Assembly (NCBI RefSeq): GCF_044324875.1
Contig: NZ_CP172185.1
Length of the DNA: 64,000 nucleotides
Reading direction: 5' to 3' (one strand)
Source of the DNA: Escherichia coli
GTDB taxonomy: Bacteria > Pseudomonadota > Gammaproteobacteria > Enterobacterales > Enterobacteriaceae
Shown here piece after piece: positions 40,900 to 52,595 of this stretch. Numbering within the stretch: position 1 is the first letter of the stretch; the number at the start of each line of letters is the position of its first letter. The notes beneath the pieces were generated by a model. It was not told the DNA's origin. It made no database searches and saw only the letters and a program-made list of their open reading frames with translations. Position numbers and translations under genes: made by a program.

Positions 40900-43071
40900 A
40901 TGAGTCAAACCATAACCCAGGGCCGTTTACGCATTAACGCCAATTTTAAACGTTTTGTGGATGAAGAAGTTTTACCGGGAACAGGGTTGGACACTGCGGC
41001 GTTCTGGCGCAATTTTGATGAGATCGTTCACGATCTGGCACCAGAAAATCGTCAGTTGCTGGCAGAACGCGATCGCATTCAGGCGGCGCTTGATGAGTGG
41101 CATCGCAGCAATCCGGGGCCGGTTAAAGATAAAGAGGCCTATAAATCTTTCCTGCGTGAACTGGGCTACCTGGTGCCACAACCGGAGCGCGTGACGGTGG
41201 AAACCACGGGCATTGACAGCGAAATCACCAGCCAGGCGGGGCCACAGCTGGTGGTTCCGGCAATGAACGCCCGCTACGCGCTGAACGCGGCGAACGCTCG
41301 CTGGGGCTCACTGTACGATGCGTTATACGGCAGCGACATCATCCCGCAGGAAGGGGCGATGGTCAGCGGCTACGATCCGCAGCGCGGTGAGCAGGTTATC
41401 GCCTGGGTTCGGCGTTTCCTCGATGAATCACTACCGCTGGAAAACGGCAGCTATCAGGATGTGGTGGCGTTTAAGGTGGTTGATAAACAATTACGCATCC
41501 AGTTGAAAAATGGTAAAGAAACCACGTTACGCACCCCGGCGCAGTTTGTCGGTTACCGTGGCAATGCCGCTGCGCCGTCCTGCATTTTGCTGAAAAATAA
41601 CGGCCTGCATATTGAGCTGCAAATTGATGCCAACGGACGGATTGGCAAAGACGATCCGGCGCACATCAACGATGTTATCGTCGAAGCTGCCATCAGTACC
41701 ATTCTCGACTGCGAAGATTCGGTCGCGGCGGTTGATGCGGAAGATAAAATCCTGCTGTACCGCAATCTGCTGGGTCTGATGCAGGGAACTCTGCAAGAGA
41801 AAATGGAAAAAAACGGTCGGCAAATCGTGCGTAAACTGAATGACGATCGTCATTACACCGCCGCCGATGGCTCTGAAATTTCTCTGCACGGACGCTCGCT
41901 GCTGTTTATCCGCAACGTGGGTCATTTGATGACCATTCCTGTGATTTGGGACAGCGAAGGCAATGAAATCCCGGAAGGCATTCTTGATGGCGTCATGACT
42001 GGCGCGATTGCCCTCTATGATTTAAAAGTGCAGAAAAACTCGCGCACTGGCAGCGTCTATATTGTGAAACCGAAAATGCACGGTCCGCAGGAAGTGGCGT
42101 TCGCCAACAAACTGTTTACCCGCATTGAGACAATGCTCGGTATGGCACCGAATACCCTGAAAATGGGCATTATGGATGAAGAACGTCGGACCTCGCTGAA
42201 CTTGCGTAGCTGTATCGCTCAGGCGCGCAACCGCGTGGCGTTCATCAATACCGGTTTCCTCGACCGTACCGGCGATGAAATGCATTCGGTGATGGAAGCT
42301 GGCCCGATGCTGCGTAAAAACCAGATGAAATCGACGCCGTGGATCAAAGCCTACGAGCGTAATAACGTGCTTTCCGGTCTGTTCTGTGGGCTGCGCGGTA
42401 AAGCGCAAATTGGTAAAGGCATGTGGGCAATGCCGGACCTGATGGCAGACATGTACAGCCAGAAGGGCGACCAACTGCGTGCCGGGGCAAACACAGCCTG
42501 GGTTCCGTCACCAACCGCTGCTACGCTCCATGCGCTGCACTACCACCAAACCAACGTACAGAGCGTGCAGGCCAACATTGCCCAGAGCGAGTTCAATGCT
42601 GAATTTGAACCGTTGCTGGACGATCTGCTGACTATTCCGGTGGCTGAAAACGCTAACTGGTCGGTGGAAGAGATCCAACAAGAGCTGGATAACAACGTGC
42701 AGGGGATTCTGGGGTACGTGGTGCGTTGGGTGGAGCAGGGGATTGGTTGTTCAAAAGTGCCGGATATTCACAACGTGGCGCTGATGGAAGACCGCGCAAC
42801 GCTGCGTATCTCCAGCCAGCATATCGCCAACTGGTTATGTCACGGTATTCTGACCAAAGAACAGGTGCAGGCGTCGCTGGAGAATATGGCGAAAGTGGTT
42901 GATCAGCAAAACGCTGGCGATCCGGCTTATCGTCCGATGGCGGGGAATTTCGCTAACTCGTGTGCTTTTAAAGCTGCCAGCGATTTAATCTTCCTCGGCG
43001 TGAAACAGCCAAACGGCTATACCGAACCGTTATTACACGCCTGGCGTTTACGCGAAAAAGAAAGTCATTAA
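40900..43071 (+). CDS. glcB: malate synthase G
   Basis: 723-aa [34 protein letters not shown]... Confidence 0.95.
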   Translation: MSQTITQGRLRINANFKRFVDEEVLPGTGLDTAAFWRNFDEIVHDLAPENRQLLAERDRIQAALDEWHRSNPGPVKDKEAYKSFLRELGYLVPQPERVTVETTGIDSEITSQAGPQLVVPAMNARYALNAANARWGSLYDALYGSDIIPQEGAMVSGYDPQRGEQVIAWVRRFLDESLPLENGSYQDVVAFKVVDKQLRIQLKNGKETTLRTPAQFVGYRGNAAAPSCILLKNNGLHIELQIDANGRIGKDDPAHINDVIVEAAISTILDCEDSVAAVDAEDKILLYRNLLGLMQGTLQEKMEKNGRQIVRKLNDDRHYTAADGSEISLHGRSLLFIRNVGHLMTIPVIWDSEGNEIPEGILDGVMTGAIALYDLKVQKNSRTGSVYIVKPKMHGPQEVAFANKLFTRIETMLGMAPNTLKMGIMDEERRTSLNLRSCIAQARNRVAFINTGFLDRTGDEMHSVMEAGPMLRKNQMKSTPWIKAYERNNVLSGLFCGLRGKAQIGKGMWAMPDLMADMYSQKGDQLRAGANTAWVPSPTAATLHALHYHQTNVQSVQANIAQSEFNAEFEPLLDDLLTIPVAENANWSVEEIQQELDNNVQGILGYVVRWVEQGIGCSKVPDIHNVALMEDRATLRISSQHIANWLCHGILTKEQVQASLENMAKVVDQQNAGDPAYRPMAGNFANSCAFKAASDLIFLGVKQPNGYTEPLLHAWRLREKESH

Positions 43072-43084
43072 TAGCGTCAAAAAA

Positions 43085-43110
43085 GCCCCGGCAAGTTTTA
43101 TTGTCGGGGC
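43085..43110. terminator. hairpin immediately after glcB (possible attenuator/processing site)
   Basis: GCCCCGGCAA gtttta TTGTCGGGGC, 10-bp stem with one mismatch; no strong U-tract. Confidence 0.35.
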
Positions 43111-43425
43111 TATGATAGTAACTGCGGTAGTACATTTATCCCGGAAATAACCGGAGCGATTATCAGGGTTTAACAATATTAAATACCCGTAGCGCATTAC
43201 TAGCGGGCCTAAAACAACAATATGGACATCTTAACGATATTCTGCGCCTGCGTGTGCGGAACAGAAACACTTACCCGATATACTTGTTATGCCAGAGGTA
43301 GCAATTGCGTTAGCAGCGTACTGTTGCTGTAAAGTATAACGCCTATATTTTACAGTTCAGTCCTCTTTTGCTTATTACAACCTTAAGTATATCAAGCATA
43401 TAAAGATAATAAGAGACTGAACAAT

Positions 43426-45108
43426 ATGGTTACCTGGACCCAAATGTATATGCCGATGGGAGGACTGGGGCTATCCGCTCTGGTCGCCCTGATCCCGATA
43501 ATATTCTTCTTCGTTGCACTCGCGGTATTACGTCTGAAAGGACATGTCGCCGGAGCAATAACCCTTATATTATCTATCCTGATTGCAATATTCGCCTTTA
43601 AAATGCCGATTGATATGGCATTTGCTGCTGCGGGCTATGGCTTTATTTATGGATTATGGCCTATTGCGTGGATTATTGTTGCGGCGGTGTTCCTCTATAA
43701 ATTAACCGTTGCCAGCGGTCAGTTCGATATTATCCGCAGCTCGGTTATCTCCATCACTGACGATCAGCGTTTGCAGGTGTTACTGATTGGTTTCTCCTTT
43801 GGCGCGCTGCTGGAAGGGGCGGCTGGCTTTGGTGCGCCGGTGGCGATTACCGGTGCGCTGCTGGTGGGCCTGGGCTTCAAACCGTTATACGCGGCGGGGC
43901 TGTGTCTGATTGCCAATACTGCGCCGGTGGCGTTTGGTGCGTTGGGCGTGCCGATTCTGGTCGCCGGTCAGGTAACGGGAATCGATCCGTTCCACATTGG
44001 CGCAATGGCGGGACGTCAGTTACCGTTCCTGTCGGTTCTTGTGCCGTTCTGGCTGGTAGCAATGATGGACGGCTGGAAAGGGGTGAAAGAGACGTGGCCA
44101 GCGGCGCTGGTTGCTGGGGGAAGCTTCGCTGTCACGCAGTTCTTTACCTCTAACTATATTGGTCCGGAACTGCCGGATATTACTTCGGCGCTGGTGAGTA
44201 TCGTCTCACTCGCTTTATTCCTTAAAGTCTGGCGGCCGAAAAATACCGAAACGGCAATCAGCATGGGACAATCCGCAGGTGCGATGGTGGTGAATAAACC
44301 ATCTTCTGGCGGTCCCGTGCCTTCAGAATATAGTCTGGGGCAAATCATTCGTGCGTGGTCACCGTTTTTAATCTTAACGGTGCTGGTCACCATCTGGACG
44401 ATGAAGCCATTTAAAGCGTTATTTGCTCCGGGCGGCGCGTTTTATTCGCTGGTGATTAATTTCCAGATCCCTCATTTGCATCAACAAGTGTTGAAAGCGG
44501 CACCCATTGTCGCCCAGCCAACGCCAATGGATGCGGTATTTAAATTCGACCCTCTCTCTGCTGGCGGCACCGCTATTTTTATTGCAGCGATTATCTCTAT
44601 CTTCATCCTCGGCGTGGGGATCAAGAAAGGTATTGGCGTCTTTGCCGAAACGCTAATTAGCCTGAAGTGGCCGATACTGTCGATTGGCATGGTGCTGGCG
44701 TTCGCCTTCGTCACCAACTATTCCGGTATGTCCACCACGCTGGCGCTGGTACTGGCAGGTACAGGCGTGATGTTCCCGTTCTTTTCGCCATTCCTCGGCT
44801 GGCTGGGGGTATTCCTTACCGGCTCGGACACTTCCTCTAACGCCCTGTTTGGTTCACTGCAATCGACCACGGCGCAGCAAATCAACGTCTCCGACACCCT
44901 GCTGGTGGCAGCAAATACCAGCGGCGGCGTAACTGGCAAGATGATCTCCCCGCAATCTATCGCCGTGGCCTGCGCCGCGACGGGCATGGTGGGCCGAGAA
45001 TCTGAACTGTTCCGCTACACCGTGAAGCACAGTCTGATTTTTGCCAGCGTTATCGGCATTATCACGCTGTTGCAGGCGTATGTGTTTACCGGGATGTTAG
45101 TTTCGTAA
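43426..45108 (+). CDS. glcA: glycolate/lactate permease (LctP family)
   Basis: 560-aa polytopic [25 protein letters not shown]... Confidence 0.9.
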   Translation: MVTWTQMYMPMGGLGLSALVALIPIIFFFVALAVLRLKGHVAGAITLILSILIAIFAFKMPIDMAFAAAGYGFIYGLWPIAWIIVAAVFLYKLTVASGQFDIIRSSVISITDDQRLQVLLIGFSFGALLEGAAGFGAPVAITGALLVGLGFKPLYAAGLCLIANTAPVAFGALGVPILVAGQVTGIDPFHIGAMAGRQLPFLSVLVPFWLVAMMDGWKGVKETWPAALVAGGSFAVTQFFTSNYIGPELPDITSALVSIVSLALFLKVWRPKNTETAISMGQSAGAMVVNKPSSGGPVPSEYSLGQIIRAWSPFLILTVLVTIWTMKPFKALFAPGGAFYSLVINFQIPHLHQQVLKAAPIVAQPTPMDAVFKFDPLSAGGTAIFIAAIISIFILGVGIKKGIGVFAETLISLKWPILSIGMVLAFAFVTNYSGMSTTLALVLAGTGVMFPFFSPFLGWLGVFLTGSDTSSNALFGSLQSTTAQQINVSDTLLVAANTSGGVTGKMISPQSIAVACAATGMVGRESELFRYTVKHSLIFASVIGIITLLQAYVFTGMLVS

Positions 45109-45117
45109 GTCAATAAT

Positions 45118-45144
45118 GCCGGATGATCGTTAATATCATCCGGC
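45118..45144. terminator. hairpin after glcA (end of glc operon)
   Basis: GCCGGATGAT cgttaat ATCATCCGGC, perfect 10-bp stem. Confidence 0.45.
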
Positions 45145-45593
45145 TACATTTACATTATTCTGTCTTATTAATTGAAAATTATTTCCCTCTTTATTATCCA
45201 TGCAGCAATAATGTTTTGCGTTCAGATAACCTGCTAAATAATTAAGAACGTGAGAATATCTATTTTTTTTATCACGCAAAACAAGTTTGTACTAATTATG
45301 TTCGCTTGATGAGCAAACACCGTGCTATCTGTTGCTTTTGCAATCGCAATCGTTAAAACTATCAACAACTTGGGATAGTTACATTGTGAATAATTGTTAC
45401 TTTTTTGTTTGTTGAATCTTTTTATAAATACCCCGTCTGACATCGAATAGGGGATATTCTTATAAATTTCACCTGTTTCGTTATCAATAATGCAGTTTTT
45501 TAAGAATGGAGGAAGTTATTAGAGAAGATAAAGCATAAAACTATTTCTCCCAGTTACGAATTTTTTAACATTGTTTTGTCACTTGCGTTATTA

Positions 45594-48500
45594 ATGAATA
45601 AGAAATTTAAATATAAGAAATCGCTTTTAGCGGCTATTTTGAGCGCAACCCTGTTAGCCGGTTGTGATGGCGGTGGTTCCGGATCTTCCTCCGATACGCC
45701 GCCTGTAGATTCTGGAACAGGGTCTTTGCCGGAAGTGAAACCTGATCCAACACCAAACCCGGAGCCGACGCCTGAGCCAACGCCGGACCCAGAACCTACG
45801 CCGGAACCGATACCTGATCCTGAGCCAACACCAGAACCGGAGCCAGAACCTGTTCCTACGAAAACGGGTTATCTGACCCTGGGCGGAAGCCAGCGGGTAA
45901 CTGGTGCTACCTGTAATGGTGAATCCAGCGATGGCTTTACATTTACACCTGGTGAGGACGTTACTTGCGTGGCGGGTAACACGACAATTGCCACCTTCAA
46001 CACTCAGTCAGAAGCTGCGCGTAGCCTGCGTGCGGTTGAAAAAGTGTCGTTTAGTCTTGAGGACGCGCAAGAACTGGCGGCTTCCGACAATAAGAAAAGC
46101 AATGCGGTTTCGCTGGTAACGTCCAGTAACAGCTGTCCGGCGGATACAGAACAGGTTTGCCTGACGTTCTCCTCTGTGATCGAGAGTAAACGTTTCGACT
46201 CGCTGTATAAGCAAATCGATCTGGCACCGGAAGAGTTCAAAAAGCTGGTCAATGAAGAGGTGGAAAACAATGCCGCGACCGATAAAGCGCCATCCACTCA
46301 TACTTCACCGGTCGTGCCTGTCACCACGCCGGGAACAAAACCGGATCTGAACGCCTCCTTCGTGTCGGCTAACGCGGAACAGTTTTATCAGTATCAACCT
46401 ACGGAAATCATTCTCTCCGAAGGCCGACTGGTAGATAGCCAGGGATATGGTGTTGCTGGCGTCAACTACTACACCAATTCAGGCCGTGGCGTGACAGGGG
46501 AAAATGGTGAATTTTCCTTTAGCTGGGGCGAAACCATCTCCTTTGGTATCGATACCTTTGAACTGGGTTCAGTGCGCGGCAATAAGTCGACCATTGCGCT
46601 GACTGAACTGGGTGATGAAGTTCGCGGGGCGAATATTGATCAGCTTATTCATCGCTATTCGACGACCGGGCAAAATAATACCCGTGTTGTTCCGGACGAT
46701 GTACGCAAGGTCTTTGCCGAATATCCCAACGTGATCAACGAGATTATCAATCTCTCGTTATCCAACGGTGCGACGCTGGATGAAGGTGAGCAAGTTGTTA
46801 ATCTGCCAAACGAATTTATTGAGCAGTTTAAGACGGGTCAAGCCAAAGAGATCGATACCGCGATTTGTGCGAAAACCGACGGTTGTAACGAGGCTCGCTG
46901 GTTCTCGCTGACGACGCGCAATGTTAATGACGGCCAGATTCAGGGCGTTATTAACAAGCTGTGGGGTGTGGATACAAGTTACAAATCTGTCAGCAAGTTC
47001 CATGTATTCCATGACTCTACCAACTTCTATGGCAGCACCGGTAATGCGCGCGGTCAGGCGGTGGTGAATATCTCCAACGCGGCATTCCCGATTCTGATGG
47101 CGCGTAATGATAAAAACTACTGGCTGGCCTTCGGCGAAAAACGCGCCTGGGATAAAAATGAGCTGGCGTACATTACGGAAGCGCCTTCCATTGTGCGCCC
47201 GGAAAACGTGACTCGCGAAACTGCCACCTTCAACCTGCCGTTTATCTCGCTGGGGCAAGTCGGCAAAGGTAAGCTGATGGTTATCGGTAACCCGCACTAC
47301 AACAGCATTCTGCGCTGTCCGAACGGTTACAGCTGGGAAGGCGGTGTTGATAAAAACGGTCAGTGTACGCGTAACAGTGATTCTAATGATATGAAGCACT
47401 TTATGCAGAACGTGTTGCGCTATCTGTCCAACGATAAATGGACGCCGGACGCGAAAGCCAGCATGACCGTAGGCACCAACCTGGATACTGTCTATTTCAA
47501 ACGTCATGGTCAGGTTACAGGAAACAGTGCTGAGTTCGGCTTCCATCCGGATTTTGCGGGTATCTCCGTTGAGCATTTAAGTAGCTATGGCGATCTCGAT
47601 CCGCAGAAAATGCCGCTGCTGATCCTTAACGGCTTTGAGTATGTGACTCAGGTGGGGGGCGATCCCTATGCAGTGCCTCTGCGTGCAGATACCAGCAAAC
47701 CGAAGCTGACCCAGCAGGATGTGACCGATTTGATCGCCTATATGAACAAAGGTGGCTCGGTGCTGATCATGGAAAACGTGATGAGCAATCTTAAGGAAGA
47801 GAGCGCGTCTGGCTTTGTGCGTCTGCTGGATGCCGCAGGCCTGTCAATGGCACTGAACAAGTCGGTGGTGAATAACGATCCGCAGGGTTATCCAGACCGC
47901 GTGCGCCAGCGTCGAGCGACTGGCATTTGGGTTTATGAACGTTATCCGGTTGTGGAGGGTGAGCTGCCGTACACCATTGATTCCAAAACAGGAAAAGTTA
48001 CCTGGAAATATCAGATTGATAACAAGCCTGATAAGAAACCGAAACTGGAAGTAGCCAGCTGGCAAGAAGAGGTTGATGGTAAACAGGTAACTCAATTCGC
48101 CTTTATCGATGAAGCCGACCACAAAACGACTGAATCTCTGGATGCTGCGAAGAAGAAAATTCTGGAAAAATTCAAGGGATTAGAGGAGTGTAAGTACTCG
48201 ACATATCACTACGAAATCAACTGCCTGGAATACCGTCCTGGCACGAACGTTCCGGTTACTGGTGGCATGTATGTTCCGCGCTATACGCAACTGAATCTCA
48301 GCGCCGACACTGCAAAAGCGATGGTGCAGGCGGCGGATTTAGGCACCAACATTCAGCGTCTGTATCAGCATGAGCTCTACTTCCGGACCAATGGTCGCAA
48401 AGGTGAGCGTCTGAGCAGCGTCGATCTGGAACGTCTGTACCAGAACATGTCGGTCTGGCTGTGGAATGAAATTGAATACAGCTATGACAGCAGCAAGGAA

Positions 48501-50156
48501 GACGAGCTGGGCTTTAAAACGTTCACCGAGTTCCTGAACTGCTACGCCAACGATGCCTATACTGGCGGCACGCAGTGTTCTGATGAGCTGAAAAAATCGC
48601 TGGTCGATAACAACATGATCTACGGCGAGAAGAGCGTTAATAAAGCGGGCATGATGAACCCCAGCTATCCGCTCAACTATATGGAAAAACCGCTGACGCG
48701 CCTGATGCTGGGTCGTTCCTGGTGGGATCTGAACATCAAAGTTGATGTCGAGAAGTATCCGGGAGCGGTATCGGCAGAAGGTGAGAAGGTTACTGAAACC
48801 ATCAGCCTGTACTCGAATCCGACCAAATGGTTTGCGGGTAACATGCAGTCTACTGGCCTATGGGCTCCGGCTCAGAAAGAGGTCACCATTGAGTCTTCTG
48901 CATCAGTTCCTGTGACTGTCACCGTGGCGCTGGCCGACGATCTGACCGGACGCGAGAAGCATGAAGTCGCGCTGAACCGTCCGCCAAAAGTGACGAAAAC
49001 CTATGATCTGAAAGCCAATGATAAGGTGACCTTCAAGGTGCCTTACGGTGGTCTGATTTATATCAAGGGCAACAGCCCAAAGAATGAGTCAGCCGAATTC
49101 ACCTTTACTGGTGTGGTAAAAGCGCCGTTCTATAAAGACGGCGAATGGAAAAACGCTCTGAACTCCCCTGCGCCGCTGGGCGAGCTGGAATCAGACGCTT
49201 TCGTTTATACCACGCCGAAGAAGAACCTTGAGGCCAGCAATTTCACTGGTGGTGTAGCAGAATTCGCTAAAGATCTGGATACCTTTGCCAGCTCGATGAA
49301 TGACTTCTACGGTCGTAATGATGAAGACGGTAAGCACCGGATGTTTACCTATAAAAACTTGACGGGGCACAAGCATCGTTTCACCAACGATGTGCAGATC
49401 TCCATCGGTGATGCGCACTCTGGTTATCCGGTAATGAACAGCAGCTTCTCGACGAACAGCACCACGCTGCCGACGACGCCGCTGAACGACTGGCTGATCT
49501 GGCACGAAGTTGGTCACAACGCCGCCGAAACGCCGCTGACTGTTCCTGGCGCAACTGAAGTAGCGAACAACGTGCTGGCGCTGTACATGCAGGATCGCTA
49601 TCTCGGCAAGATGAACCGTGTCGCTGACGACATTACCGTCGCGCCGGAATATCTGGAGGAGAGCAACGGTCAGGCATGGGCGCGCGGCGGTGCGGGTGAC
49701 CGTCTGCTGATGTACGCACAGCTGAAAGAGTGGGCAGAGAAAAACTTTGATATCAAGACGTGGTATCCAGATGGCAATCTGCCAGCGTTCTACAGCGAGC
49801 GTGAAGGGATGAAAGGCTGGAACCTGTTCCAGTTGATGCATCGTAAAGCACGCGGCGATGAGGTTGGCAAAACCAAGTTTGGCGAAAGAAATTACTGTGC
49901 CGAATCCAACGGTAACGCTGCCGACACGCTGATGCTGTGTGCATCCTGGGTCGCCCAGACGGATCTTTCGGAGTTCTTTAAGAAATGGAATCCAGGTGCG
50001 AATGCTTACCAGCTGCCGGGGGCGAGCGAGATGAGCTTCGAGGGCGGTGTGAGCCAGTCGGCGTACAACACGCTGGCGTCACTCAAGCTGCCGAAACCGG
50101 AACAGGGACCGGAAACCATTAACAAGGTTACCGAGCATAAGATGTCTGTCGAGTAA
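45594..50156 (+). CDS. sslE: SslE/YghJ secreted lipoprotein, M60-like zinc metalloprotease (mucinase), substrate of T2SS-beta
   Basis: About 1520 aa from MNKKFKYKKSLLAAILSATLLAGC (lipobox LLAGC); Pro/Glu/Thr-rich linker; HEVGH zinc-binding motif at about 49503..49517. Confidence 0.9.
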   Translation: MNKKFKYKKSLLAAILSATLLAGCDGGGSGSSSDTPPVDSGTGSLPEVKPDPTPNPEPTPEPTPDPEPTPEPIPDPEPTPEPEPEPVPTKTGYLTLGGSQRVTGATCNGESSDGFTFTPGEDVTCVAGNTTIATFNTQSEAARSLRAVEKVSFSLEDAQELAASDNKKSNAVSLVTSSNSCPADTEQVCLTFSSVIESKRFDSLYKQIDLAPEEFKKLVNEEVENNAATDKAPSTHTSPVVPVTTPGTKPDLNASFVSANAEQFYQYQPTEIILSEGRLVDSQGYGVAGVNYYTNSGRGVTGENGEFSFSWGETISFGIDTFELGSVRGNKSTIALTELGDEVRGANIDQLIHRYSTTGQNNTRVVPDDVRKVFAEYPNVINEIINLSLSNGATLDEGEQVVNLPNEFIEQFKTGQAKEIDTAICAKTDGCNEARWFSLTTRNVNDGQIQGVINKLWGVDTSYKSVSKFHVFHDSTNFYGSTGNARGQAVVNISNAAFPILMARNDKNYWLAFGEKRAWDKNELAYITEAPSIVRPENVTRETATFNLPFISLGQVGKGKLMVIGNPHYNSILRCPNGYSWEGGVDKNGQCTRNSDSNDMKHFMQNVLRYLSNDKWTPDAKASMTVGTNLDTVYFKRHGQVTGNSAEFGFHPDFAGISVEHLSSYGDLDPQKMPLLILNGFEYVTQVGGDPYAVPLRADTSKPKLTQQDVTDLIAYMNKGGSVLIMENVMSNLKEESASGFVRLLDAAGLSMALNKSVVNNDPQGYPDRVRQRRATGIWVYERYPVVEGELPYTIDSKTGKVTWKYQIDNKPDKKPKLEVASWQEEVDGKQVTQFAFIDEADHKTTESLDAAKKKILEKFKGLEECKYSTYHYEINCLEYRPGTNVPVTGGMYVPRYTQLNLSADTAKAMVQAADLGTNIQRLYQHELYFRTNGRKGERLSSVDLERLYQNMSVWLWNEIEYSYDSSKEDELGFKTFTEFLNCYANDAYTGGTQCSDELKKSLVDNNMIYGEKSVNKAGMMNPSYPLNYMEKPLTRLMLGRSWWDLNIKVDVEKYPGAVSAEGEKVTETISLYSNPTKWFAGNMQSTGLWAPAQKEVTIESSASVPVTVTVALADDLTGREKHEVALNRPPKVTKTYDLKANDKVTFKVPYGGLIYIKGNSPKNESAEFTFTGVVKAPFYKDGEWKNALNSPAPLGELESDAFVYTTPKKNLEASNFTGGVAEFAKDLDTFASSMNDFYGRNDEDGKHRMFTYKNLTGHKHRFTNDVQISIGDAHSGYPVMNSSFSTNSTTLPTTPLNDWLIWHEVGHNAAETPLTVPGATEVANNVLALYMQDRYLGKMNRVADDITVAPEYLEESNGQAWARGGAGDRLLMYAQLKEWAEKNFDIKTWYPDGNLPAFYSEREGMKGWNLFQLMHRKARGDEVGKTKFGERNYCAESNGNAADTLMLCASWVAQTDLSEFFKKWNPGANAYQLPGASEMSFEGGVSQSAYNTLASLKLPKPEQGPETINKVTEHKMSVE

Positions 50157-50164
50157 TCCTGTAT

Positions 50165-50194
50165 GCCGGATAAGGCGTTCACACCGCATCCGGC
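50165..50194. repeat. REP element (with a second degenerate copy at about 50250..50283) between sslE and pppA
   Basis: GCCGGATAAGGCGTTCACACCGCATCCGGC is the canonical REP sequence; downstream TGCAGGCCCGCATCCGGCAAG is a partial second unit. Confidence 0.6.
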
Positions 50195-50303
50195 ATGAAA
50201 TAAGGCGCACCGGGTTGCGCCAGCTTATCGGGCCTGGAGGAAAGCCGTATGGCATACACTTGCAGGCCCGCATCCGGCAAGTTACAACAAACAACCTTTA
50301 ACC

Positions 50304-51113
50304 ATGCTTTTTGATGTTTTTCAGCAATACCCCGCGGCGATGCCCGTCCTGGCTACCGTCGGAGGATTGATTATCGGCAGTTTTTTGAATGTGGTGATTT
50401 GGCGTTACCCCATCATGCTGCGCCAACAAATGGCGGAGTTTCACGGTGAAATGCCGAGTACGCAGTCAAAAATAAGCCTGGCGCTGCCACGCTCGCACTG
50501 TCCGCATTGCCAGCAGACTATCCGCGTTCGTGACAATATTCCGCTGCTCTCCTGGCTGATGCTCAAAGGGCGCTGCCGCGACTGTCAGGCGAAAATCAGC
50601 AAGCGTTATCCGCTGGTGGAGTTATTGACGGCACTCGCTTTTTTGCTGGCGAGTCTGGTGTGGCCAGAAAGTGGATGGGGGCTGGCGGTGATGATATTAT
50701 CCGCCTGGCTGATTGCCGCGAGCATCATTGACCTCGATAACCAATGGCTGCCCGATGTTTTTACTCAGGGCGTATTGTGGACCGGGCTGATTGCGGCATG
50801 GGCGCAGCAGAGTCCGTTAACGCTACAAGACGCAGTTACCGGCGTACTGGTGGGATTTATCACTTTTTACTCCCTGCGCTGGATAGCCGGAATAGTTCTG
50901 CGTAAAGAAGCATTAGGCATGGGCGATGTATTACTCTTCGCCGCTTTAGGTGGCTGGGTGGGGGCGTTATCACTGCCCAATGTTGCTTTAATCGCCTCAT
51001 GCTGCGGCCTGATATATGCCGTTATTACAAAAAGAGGATCAACCCCGCTGCCTTTTGGACCGTGTTTAAGTCTGGGCGGTATAGCAACACTTTATCTACA
51101 GGCATTGTTTTAA
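50304..51113 (+). CDS. pppA: prepilin peptidase (GspO-type) of the T2SS-beta
   Basis: 269-aa ORF; Cys-rich CPHC...CRDC zinc-binding motif typical of type IV prepilin peptidases. Confidence 0.9.
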   Translation: MLFDVFQQYPAAMPVLATVGGLIIGSFLNVVIWRYPIMLRQQMAEFHGEMPSTQSKISLALPRSHCPHCQQTIRVRDNIPLLSWLMLKGRCRDCQAKISKRYPLVELLTALAFLLASLVWPESGWGLAVMILSAWLIAASIIDLDNQWLPDVFTQGVLWTGLIAAWAQQSPLTLQDAVTGVLVGFITFYSLRWIAGIVLRKEALGMGDVLLFAALGGWVGALSLPNVALIASCCGLIYAVITKRGSTPLPFGPCLSLGGIATLYLQALF

Positions 51114-51178
51114 TGATAACCACGTCATTATCGAAGTGACATTTTTACTCTTATTAATAACCTTAGAGATTATTTACC

Positions 51179-51589
51179 ATGTCGATAAAACAAATGCCAG
51201 GGAGGGTATTAATATCGCTATTGTTGAGCGTTACAGGATTATTAAGTGGCTGTGCCAGCCATAATGAAAATGCCAGTTTACTGGCGAAAAAACAGGCGCA
51301 AAATATCAGCCAAAACCTGCCGATTAAATCTGCGGGATATACCTTAGTGCTGGCGCAAAGTAGCGGCACGACGGTAAAAATGACCATTATCAGCGAAGCG
51401 GGTGCTCAGACCACGCAGACGCCTGATGCCTTTTTAACCAGCTATCAACGACAAATGTGCGCTGACCCGACGGTGAAATTAATGATTACCGAGGGAATTA
51501 ATTACAGCATAACGATTAATGATACACGTACAGGTAACCAGTATCAGCAGAAACTGGATCGTACCACCTGTGGAATAGTCAAAGCATAA
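51179..51589 (+). CDS. yghG: small outer-membrane lipoprotein, T2SS-beta pilotin-like
   Basis: 136-aa ORF with lipoprotein signal and lipobox LLSGC. Confidence 0.85.
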   Translation: MSIKQMPGRVLISLLLSVTGLLSGCASHNENASLLAKKQAQNISQNLPIKSAGYTLVLAQSSGTTVKMTIISEAGAQTTQTPDAFLTSYQRQMCADPTVKLMITEGINYSITINDTRTGNQYQQKLDRTTCGIVKA

Positions 51590-51606
51590 CGTCGGGTAGA
51601 TATAAA

Positions 51607-52566
51607 TTGGCGCGGGTTGTTTTTCGTGACGCACGAATTTATCTCATTCAATGGCTGACAAAAATTCGTCACACTCTTAACCAGAGACAATCTCTTAATA
51701 CAGACAAAGAGCATCTGCGAAAAATTGTACGCGCGATGTTCTGGCTGATGCTGCTTATTATTTCTGCAAAAGTGGCGCATTCACTCTGGCGCTATTTCTC
51801 CTTTTCTGCGGAATATACGGCGGTTTCCCCATCGGCGAATAAACCGCCCCGTGCAGATGCAAAAACGTTCGATAAAAATGACGTGCAATTAATCAGCCAG
51901 CAAAACTGGTTTGGCAAATATCAGCCTGTCGCCGTGCCGGTAAAACAACCTGAACCTGCGCCTGTGGCAGAAACACGTCTTAATGTGGTGCTGCGCGGGA
52001 TCGCCTTTGGTACCAGACCTGGCGCGGTTATTGAAGAAGGCGGCAAACAGCAGGTCTATTTGCAGGGGGAACGGCTTGGTTCTCACAACGCGGTGATTGA
52101 GGAAATCAACCGCGACCATGTGATGCTGCGCTATCAGGGAAAAATAGAGCGCCTGAGCCTGGCTGAAGAGGAGCGTTCCACCGTAGCCGTGACCAACAAA
52201 AAAGCTGTCAGTGACAAAGCAAAGCAAGCTGTTGCTGAGCCTGCTGCCAGTGCGCCAGTTGAGATCCCGACTGCTGTGCGTCAGGCACTGGCGAAAGATT
52301 CGCAGAAAATTTTTAACTATATCCAGCTTACGCCTGTGCGTAAGGAGGGGATTGTCGGTTATGCAGTGAAGCCGGGGGCAGATCGTTCTCTGTTCGATGC
52401 CAGCGGTTTCAAGGAAGGCGATATCGCCATTGCGCTAAATCAGCAGGATTTCACTGATCCACGAGCAATGATTGCTCTGATGCGGCAGTTACCTTCAATG
52501 GATTCCATTCAACTTACGGTTTTACGCAAGGGTGCGCGCCACGACATTTCCATCGCGCTGCGCTAA
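51607..52566 (+). CDS. gspC: GspC-like T2SS inner-membrane component (PDZ-containing), intact here
   Basis: 319-aa ORF (TTG as printed; start uncertain) with one N-terminal TM segment and Pro-rich periplasmic linker; corresponds to yghF. Confidence 0.75.
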   Translation: MARVVFRDARIYLIQWLTKIRHTLNQRQSLNTDKEHLRKIVRAMFWLMLLIISAKVAHSLWRYFSFSAEYTAVSPSANKPPRADAKTFDKNDVQLISQQNWFGKYQPVAVPVKQPEPAPVAETRLNVVLRGIAFGTRPGAVIEEGGKQQVYLQGERLGSHNAVIEEINRDHVMLRYQGKIERLSLAEEERSTVAVTNKKAVSDKAKQAVAEPAASAPVEIPTAVRQALAKDSQKIFNYIQLTPVRKEGIVGYAVKPGADRSLFDASGFKEGDIAIALNQQDFTDPRAMIALMRQLPSMDSIQLTVLRKGARHDISIALR

Positions 52567-52595
52567 CCGCATTTAATCCAGGAGAATCATTCATC

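Noticed and set aside
45234-45443. 69-aa minus-strand ORF upstream of sslE
   Set aside because: AT-rich promoter region; no support.
46758-47576. 272-aa minus-strand ORF (and 49191..49841) antisense to sslE
   Set aside because: Contained in the 4.5-kb sslE coding region; no motifs.
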